NCBI GenBank assembly: GCA_038230375.1
Contig: JBBRNJ010000049.1
Coordinates: 1-64,000, forward strand
Source of the DNA: Polyangiales bacterium
Lineage (GTDB): Bacteria; Myxococcota_A; Polyangia; Polyangiales; Polyangiaceae
Reading direction: 5' to 3'
Length of the DNA: 64,000 nucleotides
Shown here: in pieces, positions 1-8,656 of the stretch
Position numbering within the stretch: the first letter of the stretch is position 1
How the letters are laid out: each line of letters begins with the position of its first letter
The notes under the pieces: generated by a model
The model's input: the letters and a program-made list of their open reading frames with translations, nothing else
Databases searched by the model: none
Told to the model about the DNA's origin: nothing
Translations under genes and position numbers: made by a program

Positions 1-1914
1 ATCGCGACCTTTGGCAACCTCGCCCCGAACGACTTCACGGCCAAGCAGGACGACGACTTCTTCGCGTCCTACTTCCCGCTCATCCAGTTCAACGTGTTCG
101 GCGATCCCGACGCGAACCCGTTCGTCATCCGCGAGGGTGGCGCCGGCGTCTACGGCCCGGCCGAGATGTGGAAGAAGATCGAAGCAGAGGCGGAGTTCCA
201 CAAGCGCGCCGCGACGATCAGCAATGGCCAGGAGCCCTTCAAGGACTCCACGGGCCCGAACGGCCTGAAGAACGCCGTCGACTTCGCGAACCGCATGCGC
301 GACCTCACGATCAACCACCGCGATCTCCAGCTCGCGCTGCCCAACATCGCGCCGTACCGCAAGAAGGACAGCACCGACGCGTTCTCGTTCGAGAGCGTCA
401 TCGCCCGCGATGCGCGTCACTGCATCGACGGCAAGTGGGAGACCAAGGCACAGTGGGTCGCGAACCTGATCAGCACGTACTGGTCGCAGGTCGCGTGGCA
501 CGAGTTCGGGCACGCGCTCGGCCTCGAGCACAACTTCATGTCGTCCGTCGACAAGCCGAACTTCCCCACGCCCACCAAGGACAGCAAGGGCAAGCTCCAC
601 TACGGCCTCTATGCCTCCAGCGTCATGGAATACAACTCCACGCCGGACCGCATCTTCTGGACGCCGGGCTGGGCCCCGTACGACCAGGGCGCGATCTCCT
701 GGATCTACGCGAACAACGGGAAAAACGGGCAGTCCAGCCCGACCGCGCTGTCAGGCCAGAACAACCCCACCTCGCCGTGGCTCGACCCCGCTGGCTTCAC
801 GCCGGACGGCAAGGAGCGTCAGTTCCTGCGCTGCGACGACAACCAGATCAAGTACACGCCGCTCTGCCGCCAGGGTGACCTTGGCGTCACGCCGAGCGAG
901 ATCATCGCGAACCAGATCACCTCGTACGAGTGGGGCTACCAGTGGCGTAACTTCCGCGCGTACCACAAGTTCTGGGACGACTCGCGCTACGCAGACACCC
1001 CGGCCGGCCTCACCTACGACATGAAGCGCTTCATCTCGCAGTGGGCGTACGACTGGAACGAGGCGGAGATCACGGGCACGGTTCACCGCCTGGGCATCAA
1101 CCCGCCAGCCGGCGTCCCCGCAGCCGAGTACTACTCTCAGCTCACGCACAAGTTCACGATCGAGATGTCTGCCACGAACTCGATGGTGGCCGCCTTCCAC
1201 AAGGCGATCATCCAGGAGTCCGCGGGCGAGCGTCCCTTCGCGACCGTCTACGACAAGTTCTACGGCGATGAGCTCCAGCAGGGCATCATCCTCGACAAGT
1301 ACTTCGCCATGCAGAGCTGGGTTGGCCTCTGGCCGACCGACAACTACGACCAGAACCAGGCGGGCGGGTACATCTCGTCGTTCTCCGACTTCGGCGAGCC
1401 GTTCTTCCGCTCGGTCTCCGAGGACGCGGTGACCTCGATGGTCGGAACGCAGTACGACGTGTACTCGTACTTCATCCCGACGGCCGTTGGTCTGTTCGCG
1501 CAGGACACGCACTCGCCGGCCTTCAGCGGCGCGATCCAGGACCGTGACTGGATCGGCGGGCTCACGTTCTACCGCGTGCAGGACTTCCAGGCGTACTTCA
1601 AGGCCATCGAAGTCACCGCCGGCAAGTGCACTGGCGTCGATACGTGCGCGTACGACGCCACCAACCGCCAGACCACCAAGGCGGACGCCTGGAACGAGTT
1701 CGTTGGCAGCGACGGAAAGACGTACATCTGGTCGTACGTTCCCGACCGAAACGTCTATGTGCTCGCGCGCAAGGATCGTAACATCGCGACCTACAAGATC
1801 CTGCACCAGTACAACGACGACGTGCTCGTGCAGTTGGACGATGGGACGTTCGGCACCTTCGGGTTCCTGCTTCCGATCAAGTACACGATCGATTCCTTCA
1901 CGCAGTACAACTGA
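1..1914 (+). CDS. Zinc-dependent metalloprotease (metzincin type), 5'-truncated by the window edge
   Basis: Frame is open from base 1; HEFGHALGLEHNF zinc motif followed by a SSVMEY Met-turn; strong GC3 codon bias. Confidence 0.85.
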   Translation: MATFGNLAPNDFTAKQDDDFFASYFPLIQFNVFGDPDANPFVIREGGAGVYGPAEMWKKIEAEAEFHKRAATISNGQEPFKDSTGPNGLKNAVDFANRMRDLTINHRDLQLALPNIAPYRKKDSTDAFSFESVIARDARHCIDGKWETKAQWVANLISTYWSQVAWHEFGHALGLEHNFMSSVDKPNFPTPTKDSKGKLHYGLYASSVMEYNSTPDRIFWTPGWAPYDQGAISWIYANNGKNGQSSPTALSGQNNPTSPWLDPAGFTPDGKERQFLRCDDNQIKYTPLCRQGDLGVTPSEIIANQITSYEWGYQWRNFRAYHKFWDDSRYADTPAGLTYDMKRFISQWAYDWNEAEITGTVHRLGINPPAGVPAAEYYSQLTHKFTIEMSATNSMVAAFHKAIIQESAGERPFATVYDKFYGDELQQGIILDKYFAMQSWVGLWPTDNYDQNQAGGYISSFSDFGEPFFRSVSEDAVTSMVGTQYDVYSYFIPTAVGLFAQDTHSPAFSGAIQDRDWIGGLTFYRVQDFQAYFKAIEVTAGKCTGVDTCAYDATNRQTTKADAWNEFVGSDGKTYIWSYVPDRNVYVLARKDRNIATYKILHQYNDDVLVQLDDGTFGTFGFLLPIKYTIDSFTQYN

Positions 1915-1921
1915 GGTCGCC

Positions 1922-3001
1922 ATGAAACCCATTGTCGTCCGTGCGGCGCTTGCGACCGCACTCATCACGCTCCTCTCGAGCACCGCTGCAAACGCGGCGC
2001 CCGAGAAGACTGAGAAGGGCTCCAAAGAAGGCGGCGGCGGTGGTGGCGGCGGTGGCGGCGGCGGTGCTTCCACCGGCGGCGGCGTCAGCTCCACTCCACG
2101 CGATCAAGCCGACGGCGCCAGCACTGGCGTCTCTGCCCGCGATCCGTCGAAGAAGATGTGGGAGATCGGTGTCTCGAGCGAGTACCACCGCCTCTTCGTC
2201 CAGAACGACCTCGAAGGCGCAGCTGCGAACAAGAACCTGCTCGTGCATGCGGCCTACGTCGAGGTCGACCCGACCCCGCAGGACCGGATCCGTCTCCGCG
2301 GCTTCCTCTACGAGCGCTTCCTCGCCGACCCCGGCGAGACCGGCGTTCGCACGGACGATCTGATCCTCCAGTACACCCGCATCCAGCATCTCCCCTACGA
2401 GCTGACGCTGAAGCCGGGCGCGTGGGTCACGTTCCCCACGTCCTTCACCAGCCAGAAGGCGAGCTCGATCACCTCGCCGCGCATCTCTGTCGCGCTCGAC
2501 AAGGCGCTCGGCAAGTGGGTCCACATCGAGCCGCGCACGAGCGCTGACTACTACATCGTTCGCTACGGCACGGTGGAGAATGGCTCCACCCCGAACGCGC
2601 AGGCTCGGTATGCCATCGGCCTCAACGTGGAAGCGCAGATGCCCTTCCACCCCGCGCTGTCGATCGGCGCGGATGCCGGCACTGCGTACTACTGGTACTA
2701 CAAGGCGCGCGCCTCTCAGGCCGGGAACAGCAACCCGTCCTTCCCCGGCACCGTGCAGGACGCCACGTACAAGGATCAACCGCTCCAGCAAACGTACGGC
2801 TTCGAGGCCTACGCCCGCTACGATCTCTCGCGCTACCGCCCCGAGAAGGCCACGGATTTCCACTGGGACTTCACCATGTCGCTCGCCAACGGCGACCCCG
2901 CCATCGGCTATTCCAGCGCGATCCACGACGGCTCTCTCGCGGTGTACTGGGGCTTCCGTTCGACCGCGCAGGTCTACGCCGTTCTCGCTGCAAGATACTG
3001 A
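1922..3001 (+). CDS. Secreted, probably outer-membrane beta-barrel protein
   Basis: ATG at 1922 preceded by GAGG; signal peptide MKPIVVRAALATALITLLSSTAANA; poly-Gly linker; alternating amphipathic strands; C-terminal aromatic residue (VLAARY). Confidence 0.65.
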   Translation: MKPIVVRAALATALITLLSSTAANAAPEKTEKGSKEGGGGGGGGGGGGASTGGGVSSTPRDQADGASTGVSARDPSKKMWEIGVSSEYHRLFVQNDLEGAAANKNLLVHAAYVEVDPTPQDRIRLRGFLYERFLADPGETGVRTDDLILQYTRIQHLPYELTLKPGAWVTFPTSFTSQKASSITSPRISVALDKALGKWVHIEPRTSADYYIVRYGTVENGSTPNAQARYAIGLNVEAQMPFHPALSIGADAGTAYYWYYKARASQAGNSNPSFPGTVQDATYKDQPLQQTYGFEAYARYDLSRYRPEKATDFHWDFTMSLANGDPAIGYSSAIHDGSLAVYWGFRSTAQVYAVLAARY

Positions 3002-3040
3002 GGACTTGCCTCCTCTGGTCTTGTGCGCAAGGCTTGCGGT

Positions 3041-4330
3041 GTGAGTTCTTGTCTTCGAAACAACTTGGCGCTTGTGGGCGCAGCAGCAGTCGTTGTCGTT
3101 TGCGCGACAATCGCGGCGTGCGGTGGTGCTTCTGGTAGCGACCTCATCGGCAACACCGGCGACGACGACGGCGGCGGCGATGAAGCTGGCGGCGACATCG
3201 ACGGCAGCGTTGGCCCTGGCATGGATGGAAGCTCTTTGCTCGACGCGTCGCCTCACGATGGCGGCACGAAGGACGGCGGCAAGGATGCCGGCAAGGATGC
3301 TGGCGACAGTGGCGTCGATGGCGGCCTCGTGGACGCTGGTTGCGGCGACCTCACCGCCAGCAACGCGAACTGCGGTGCGTGTGGCTATGGGTGCGTCCAC
3401 GGTCGCAACTGCGTCGCTTCGAGATGCGCGCCCGCGTGGCAGACCATCACCACCGTGAACGAGCCCACGCCCCGGACCGGCCACGCGGCCGCGGGCCTTG
3501 GCGGAAAGCTCTACGTGTTCGGCGGTGGAGCGTCTGCATCCAGCGCCGCGCTCGACACCGGCGGCATCTACGACCCCACGACCGACAGCTGGGATCTCAC
3601 GATCCCGAGCATGAAGAAGGCGCGCTGCAATCACGCCGCTGTCGCGAGCGGCGCCAAGATCTACGCGTTTGGTGGCGTCGCCACCTGCAACGATCCGACG
3701 AGCGCCGGGCCGCTGCTCGAGGAGTTCGATCCTGGCGCCGGCACGTGGGCGGACAACGCCAAGGCCGGCGCTCCTGCTGCGCGCTCGACGTTCCCCAGCA
3801 TCTGGACAGGCACGTCCATGTTCGTGTTCGGCGGCACTGCCAGCTCCGCCCTGCCCGTCTCGACCGGCGCCCAGTTCACGCCCGCGACCGGCTGGGTCGA
3901 CACCAGCTGCCCACTAGCATTGTGCGCGCGCGCCGGACTCTTCGGCGGCTTCATCGACGGCACCGTGGTGCGATTCTTCGGCGGCTCTGGCGGCAACGCG
4001 CCCGCGGGCCTCATGTTCGACACGGGCAACAGCAAGTGGTCCGCATGGGCGACCCCGGTCAACACGCCGCTTGCCGCGCACCGCACCGCAGACCAGGGGC
4101 GCCTCTTCCTTGCGCTCGAGGCATCGGCGATCACCTGTCCGCACAGCGTCAACGTGCGCATCTATGACAAGAGCAGCGGCACGTGGACGAAGGACAGCGC
4201 TGCATCGCCGGCGGGGCTCAACGCAGACGCGGCAACGGCGTGGGTCGGCTCGGAGCTCTTCGCGTGGTCCGGTGACTGTGGCAATGGCGCATCCGCGGTC
4301 GGCGCGCGCTATCAACCGCCGGCCCCGTGA
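3041..4330 (+). CDS. Kelch-repeat lipoprotein
   Basis: Lipobox IAAC; Asp/Gly-rich linker; small Cys-rich module; Kelch repeats (KLYVFGG, KIYAFGG, MFVFGG, RFFGG); start uncertain (3023 or 3041). Confidence 0.8.
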   Translation: MSSCLRNNLALVGAAAVVVVCATIAACGGASGSDLIGNTGDDDGGGDEAGGDIDGSVGPGMDGSSLLDASPHDGGTKDGGKDAGKDAGDSGVDGGLVDAGCGDLTASNANCGACGYGCVHGRNCVASRCAPAWQTITTVNEPTPRTGHAAAGLGGKLYVFGGGASASSAALDTGGIYDPTTDSWDLTIPSMKKARCNHAAVASGAKIYAFGGVATCNDPTSAGPLLEEFDPGAGTWADNAKAGAPAARSTFPSIWTGTSMFVFGGTASSALPVSTGAQFTPATGWVDTSCPLALCARAGLFGGFIDGTVVRFFGGSGGNAPAGLMFDTGNSKWSAWATPVNTPLAAHRTADQGRLFLALEASAITCPHSVNVRIYDKSSGTWTKDSAASPAGLNADAATAWVGSELFAWSGDCGNGASAVGARYQPPAP

Positions 4331-4383
4331 GCCTTCGATTGACTGCGCGGGCCCCGCGGTGCGGCTCGGGCTATGCTTGACGG

Positions 4384-5706
4384 GTGCGCGTCCCATTTGT
4401 CATCGGCGTAGCCTTGACCACCGCCACAGCGGCCCTCGCGGCCGATGGGTGCGGCTCCTTCAAGGGCACGGACAGCAGTGCAAGCGCCGATTCCAGCGCC
4501 GTGTCGGATGGTGGCTCGGCGGCGGACCCGGATGCCGACTTCGTCGACCCCGATGGCGGCGCGTCGTACTCGGGGTCGCTGAGCGACAAGAGCAGATGGG
4601 AGGCGGTCGATCTCTCCATGTTCGTCGCGAATGCGACCGGCTTTCGCGGCGGTACGTTCGACGGCCGTTACATGTATCTTGCACCCGATACGGGAACGAA
4701 ATTCTTGCGGTTCGACACGCAAGGCAAGTTCAGCTCGAGCGGGTCGTGGACCGCCCACGACCTTGGCCCGACCGCGCGTCAGTACTACGGCATGGGGTTC
4801 GACGGACGGTTCGTATATGCGGCGCCATTCGACGATGATCAGGGCGCCGCGCTGGAGACGCTGGTCCGCTACGACACCATGCTGGACTTCCATATGCCCA
4901 CGTCGTGGGACTCCTACAACCTGGGCGCGGGCCGGTTCATCGGCGTGGGGCGCGGATCTGACCACATGTTCCTGAGTCCGCGGGGTGGCCCGTCCATCGC
5001 GGTCCTCAGGGCGGGCCAGTCGCCCGACGGCGGCCTCACGCTCGTGGATGCGGGCTCGCCTCGCTCCGCGTACCGCGGCGGCGTGTTCGCCGCTGGGCAC
5101 TACTACCTGGCGCCGTTCGAGCAGAACGATGCGAGCGCGCCGTCGGGCAACGTGCTCCGCTTCGCGGATTCACCTGCGTTCGACCCGGCGTCCTCGGACA
5201 GCTTCGACTACTCCGCAAAGTCGAACAACCTGAATGCGCGCGGCTTCAGCGGAGCCGTCAGCGACGGCAGGTACGTGTACTTCGTGCCCTACCTTGCCGC
5301 TTCTACGTATCTGGGCGTGGTGCTCCGCTATGACACCACGCTCGCGTTCAACAGTGTCGACTCGTATGCGGTCTTCAACATCCCGGTGGCGCTCAGCCAG
5401 AAGACGGCGCGTGGCTTCATCGGAAGCGCCTTCGACGGGCGGTTCATCTACTTCGTGCCCAACATGGACGACACAACGGACACCAACACGTTCGTGGTTC
5501 GCTACGATACGAGGAGCGGATTCAACACGGTCGGCTCGTGGCAACTCTACGACCTCAAGGGCGTCGACGTGAAGGCGGGCGGCTACTGGGGCGGCGTGTT
5601 CGATGGCGAATACGTGTACCTTACACCCTATAGCGGCACCGTGATGCTGCGCTTCCACGCGCGCACGCCGAGCGCGCTGCCCGGGACCTTCCCCGCGGCG
5701 CCCTGA
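4384..5706 (+). CDS. Lipoprotein with seven GxxFDGRYxYxxP-type repeats (probable 7-bladed beta-propeller)
   Basis: Repeats GGTFDGRYMYLAP, GMGFDGRFVYAAP, GVGRGSDHMFLSP, GGVFAAGHYYLAP, GAVSDGRYVYFVP, GSAFDGRFIYFVP, GGVFDGEYVYLTP; N-terminal signal with Cys. Confidence 0.75.
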   Translation: MRVPFVIGVALTTATAALAADGCGSFKGTDSSASADSSAVSDGGSAADPDADFVDPDGGASYSGSLSDKSRWEAVDLSMFVANATGFRGGTFDGRYMYLAPDTGTKFLRFDTQGKFSSSGSWTAHDLGPTARQYYGMGFDGRFVYAAPFDDDQGAALETLVRYDTMLDFHMPTSWDSYNLGAGRFIGVGRGSDHMFLSPRGGPSIAVLRAGQSPDGGLTLVDAGSPRSAYRGGVFAAGHYYLAPFEQNDASAPSGNVLRFADSPAFDPASSDSFDYSAKSNNLNARGFSGAVSDGRYVYFVPYLAASTYLGVVLRYDTTLAFNSVDSYAVFNIPVALSQKTARGFIGSAFDGRFIYFVPNMDDTTDTNTFVVRYDTRSGFNTVGSWQLYDLKGVDVKAGGYWGGVFDGEYVYLTPYSGTVMLRFHARTPSALPGTFPAAP

Positions 5707-5726
5707 TCCCGGTACGCTTTCCCATC

Positions 5727-6470
5727 ATGGCCATGCCGACGCGATGGATGACGTTGCTGGGGATCGCACCTTTCGTGCTCGTGGGTGTTGCGTGCGAGGA
5801 GTCGTCGAAGCCGCCGGCCGCGCCCGCGCCGATCGTATCGCCGACGGACGCGCCGGAGCCGGTCGCATCCGCGAAGCGCTCGCCGGTCGAGCGGACCAGG
5901 AGGAGCGCGGCTGCGCTGCGTCAGTCGGCGGAGCGGTGGCGCACAAACCGCATGAGCGAGTGCCCCACTCCCGCGCAGCTCGAGGCCGAGAAGGCGCTCG
6001 TGCCGGAGGCCGCCTTGAATGATGCCTGGGGCACGCCGTTCAAGATCATGTGCGACGAGAGCGCGACGCAGATCGTGAGCCTGGGCCCGGACAGGCGCGA
6101 AGGCACGGCCGACGACGTGCGTGAGGGCGTGCTGGCGGACGAGCCCAAGAGCGCTCCACCACCGACCAACACCGCGAGCGCGTCGGCGACGAGCGCATCC
6201 TGGGGCGCGGCAGCAGTCTCTGCAGTGGTGCGGGCGCACACGCCAGCCGTGAAGCGGGTGTGCTGGGAGAGCGACGCGGGTGCCCACGCCACGACGGCGT
6301 CGGTGCAGCTCACGCTCATCATCGCCGCCGATGGAAGCGTGCAGAGTACATCCGCTTCGGGCGACCAGCCGGTGGCGGGCTGCGTGGAGCAGAAGGCGAA
6401 GACGTGGGTGTTCCCGCCGCCGGGCGCCACGACCACCGTGAACATCCCCTTCCGGTTCCTACGGCAGTAG
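5727..6470 (+). CDS. Lipoprotein with a GspG-like pseudopilin core and a TonB-like (AgmX/PglI-type) C-terminal domain
   Basis: LVGVAC lipobox; DAWGTPF...IVSLGPD...GTADD resembles the T2SS-G core; C-terminal VKRVCWE...VQLTLIIAADGSV...CV...WVFPPP...VNIPFRF. Confidence 0.65.
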   Translation: MAMPTRWMTLLGIAPFVLVGVACEESSKPPAAPAPIVSPTDAPEPVASAKRSPVERTRRSAAALRQSAERWRTNRMSECPTPAQLEAEKALVPEAALNDAWGTPFKIMCDESATQIVSLGPDRREGTADDVREGVLADEPKSAPPPTNTASASATSASWGAAAVSAVVRAHTPAVKRVCWESDAGAHATTASVQLTLIIAADGSVQSTSASGDQPVAGCVEQKAKTWVFPPPGATTTVNIPFRFLRQ

Positions 6471-6743
6471 CCACCCGGTCGGAGCCGCGTCGAGCATCAT
6501 GCGGTACACGCGCATGTTCGGGCGGTACCTTCCGGCGAAGAAGGACGAGTCGTCACCGTTCAGCACACGGCCGAGCGCGGCGGCGACCGCTGGCGAACGA
6601 GACATGCCCGCGTCGCACGTTCGAGGGACGCGCAGCCGAGCCAGGTCGTCAGGCGCGCTGGTGATGGAGATGATGACGTGCGGGACCTCGTGAGGCTGCA
6701 CCATCTCGATCGCTGCACGGCTATACACGTAGAGGTCGATCAC
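6459..6743 (-). pseudogene. CX5R (PTP/DSP-like) phosphatase homologue, apparently internally deleted
   Basis: 94 aa with VIISIT, CDAGMSRS and PNMRVY motifs; lacks the region normally found before the P-loop, including the His before the catalytic Cys. Confidence 0.55.
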
Positions 6744-6766
6744 GGAGGTACCCTATCATCGGCGGC

Positions 6767-7321
6767 ATGGCGAACCCCTACCCGGACCCCATGGCGGTGA
6801 TTGCTCTCATCGGGCCCGATGGCGTCGGCAAGTCAACGCTGCTGCAAGACGTCGCGCGCATGGACCCCCACGCAGCGCCGCATGGCGTCCAGGTGAACGG
6901 GCTCTCCGCCACGGTGATCGATCTCCGCACGCCAACGCGCACGGTGCAGCTGGTGGATTTCGCAGACGCAAGCACGGAGGCGGCGCTCCTGGGCGCGTCG
7001 CGGTTCGCGGGAGTCGTCCTCGTGGTGTCAGCGGCAGACTCGGTGATGCCGGGTCACAAGCAAAGCCTGGAGCGCGCCCGTCACCTGGGCATACCGCTGG
7101 CCGCCATCGCGCTCACCAAGACAGACGTGGTCCCCGACGAAGAACTGCAGGACCTGGTGGAGATGGAGCTCCGCGAGCTGGCCAACAAGTACAGCTACCC
7201 AGGCGACCAGCTCCGAGTGGTGCGGATGCGCCCTCGATCCACATGCCCCCACGAAGGCCGGGAGCCTCGACCCGGCAAACCCCAAGGCCCACAGGCCCTC
7301 CTTCACATCCTCGCGCGCTGA
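6767..7321 (+). CDS. Stand-alone, degenerate EF-Tu-like G-domain protein
   Basis: G1 GPDGVGKS; VVLVVSAADSVMP...ARHLGIP...TKTDVVPDEELQDLVEMELRELANKYSYPGD tracks the EF-Tu domain I C-terminal half; no domains II/III. Confidence 0.75.
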   Translation: MANPYPDPMAVIALIGPDGVGKSTLLQDVARMDPHAAPHGVQVNGLSATVIDLRTPTRTVQLVDFADASTEAALLGASRFAGVVLVVSAADSVMPGHKQSLERARHLGIPLAAIALTKTDVVPDEELQDLVEMELRELANKYSYPGDQLRVVRMRPRSTCPHEGREPRPGKPQGPQALLHILAR

Positions 7322-7403
7322 CCCAACCGCATTTGTTGTCGCGACCCTGCCCTCGTGACGCTCGTCCAGCATGCCGTAGGGAGTGCAACGGAGCCAGCAG
7401 CCC

Positions 7404-7970
7404 TCACCTTCCCTTCGACGCGTACGCGGCGAGGAGGACACCCAGATCGACGTCGCAAAGGACGGACGTGCCGAAGTGGCCACCTTCCGAAACCGTGTTG
7501 GACACGCGCACGCCGAGCTGCACCTCGTACAGGTAAAAAGGGACCTGGAGTGCGGCGCCGAGGCCGAACGAGAGCCCTTTGCGCACGTCGTTGGTCATGT
7601 AGCCAGCGTGTCCCGCGACGCGCAGGTCGCCCCAGTCCCACTGCACGACCGGCATCGAGGCGTGGCCTCCGAGCGTGAAGCTCGTGCGGTTCCGCGCGTC
7701 CGCGAGCATCTCGCCGTAGCCACCAAGTCCGATGCCTCTGCCGGACGCCGTGGGGTACGCGGTCACGGTGCTGCGAACGCCCCACGTGAAGCCGTGTAGA
7801 TCATCCGAGCTGTACGTGGTGCCGAGCGGCAGCGCGAGGTTAAGGCGAACGGGCCAAGCGGACGCCACGGTCGGCGACGCGGTCTCGGCAGCGGATGCAG
7901 GCCCGCCGACGGCGAGGGACGCCACGCCGAGCGCGATGCCGAGAGTCAGAGCGAGCGTTCTTTGCGACAC
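7404..7970 (-). CDS. Secreted protein, probable small outer-membrane beta-barrel
   Basis: GTG at 7970 gives signal peptide MSQRTLALTLGIALGVASLAVGGPASA; alternating Gly/aromatic beta-strands. Confidence 0.55.
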   Translation of the reverse strand: MSQRTLALTLGIALGVASLAVGGPASAAETASPTVASAWPVRLNLALPLGTTYSSDDLHGFTWGVRSTVTAYPTASGRGIGLGGYGEMLADARNRTSFTLGGHASMPVVQWDWGDLRVAGHAGYMTNDVRKGLSFGLGAALQVPFYLYEVQLGVRVSNTVSEGGHFGTSVLCDVDLGVLLAAYASKGR

Positions 7971-8140
7971 GAAACCGATGTCGCAACGCACATGCCGCGG
8001 TCGCGAACGTCGCAAACGCGGCGAATTGCGAGAGCCCCACGCTGAAACCGTGATCGCGACGTCAGCGAAGGCGTGAAGCTACAGACGTGAACGCACGCTC
8101 ACACCGCCGCGACGTGAACGACAGTCCACAGCGCCCTCGA

Positions 8141-8234
8141 GCACACACGAGCGCAAAGCGCGCGCACACACAAGCGCAAAGCGCGCGCACACACAAGCGC
8201 AAAGCGCGAGCACACACACGAGCGCAAAGCGCGA
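8141..8234. repeat. Tandem repeat, four copies of ~23-25 bp (GCACACACRAGCGCAAAGCGCGM), each with a GCGC-AAA-GCGC mini-hairpin
   Basis: Units start at 8141, 8164, 8187 and 8210. Confidence 0.9.
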
Positions 8235-8406
8235 GTCGCGCCCCCCCCGAGCGTCGACCCCACAGCCCGCCCTCTGCTCGCGAAGCGAGCATGGCGCTAG
8301 CCATCGCGGGGAGGCTCGCTCGCGCACGCGAGTGAGGGGCCGACGCGCTTCGTGATCCCCGACGGGGGAGAACGGCCCACGGAACAAAGACCGACGATGG
8401 AGACCC
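8213..8406. repeat. Structured ~195-bp direct repeat, copy 1
   Basis: Near-identical to 12046-12240 (roughly a dozen differences by eye); multiple hairpins. Confidence 0.92.
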
Positions 8407-8446
8407 TTGGGCCGTCGAGGAGACGACGACCGACGGGCCAATAGAT

Positions 8447-8466
8447 CAGTCGGGGCGAGAGGATTT
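8447..8466 (-). repeat. att-like duplication of the tRNA-Pro 3' end
   Basis: CAGTCGGGGCGAGAGGATTT is identical to 12285-12304; identity stops within the T-loop. Confidence 0.9.
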
Positions 8467-8656
8467 TTCGTCGCACTTCACCAACCTGCGGCGATCACGC
8501 GCGACAGCGGAAATTCCAGGGGTTCGGTGGTGGGGCGGGTACCGGGACACGACGTGATGTGACGCCAAATCACGGAGCAGATGGCAGCTGGGTGGAAACG
8601 AATGGGGCCGTCGGAGGCCGCGTCGGGAAGCTGGCGCGCGTTCGGAACGATCGATC

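Noticed and set aside
2032..2066. Poly-Gly GGC/GGT tracts (also about 45729-45767) as phase-variation sites
   Set aside because: Trinucleotide, in-frame and mixed codons, so they are linkers rather than frameshifting tracts
6767..7321. Calling this gene tuf or selB
   Set aside because: Lacks domains II/III, the catalytic His and the canonical G1/G2 motifs
8141..8234. Possible CRISPR array (also considered for 39953-40018)
   Set aside because: Units are head-to-tail with no unique spacers, and there are no cas genes in the window
8062..8441. ORFs across the repeated element (also 11830-12461)
   Set aside because: Low-complexity translations of the repeat and tRNA; indels between copies break frames
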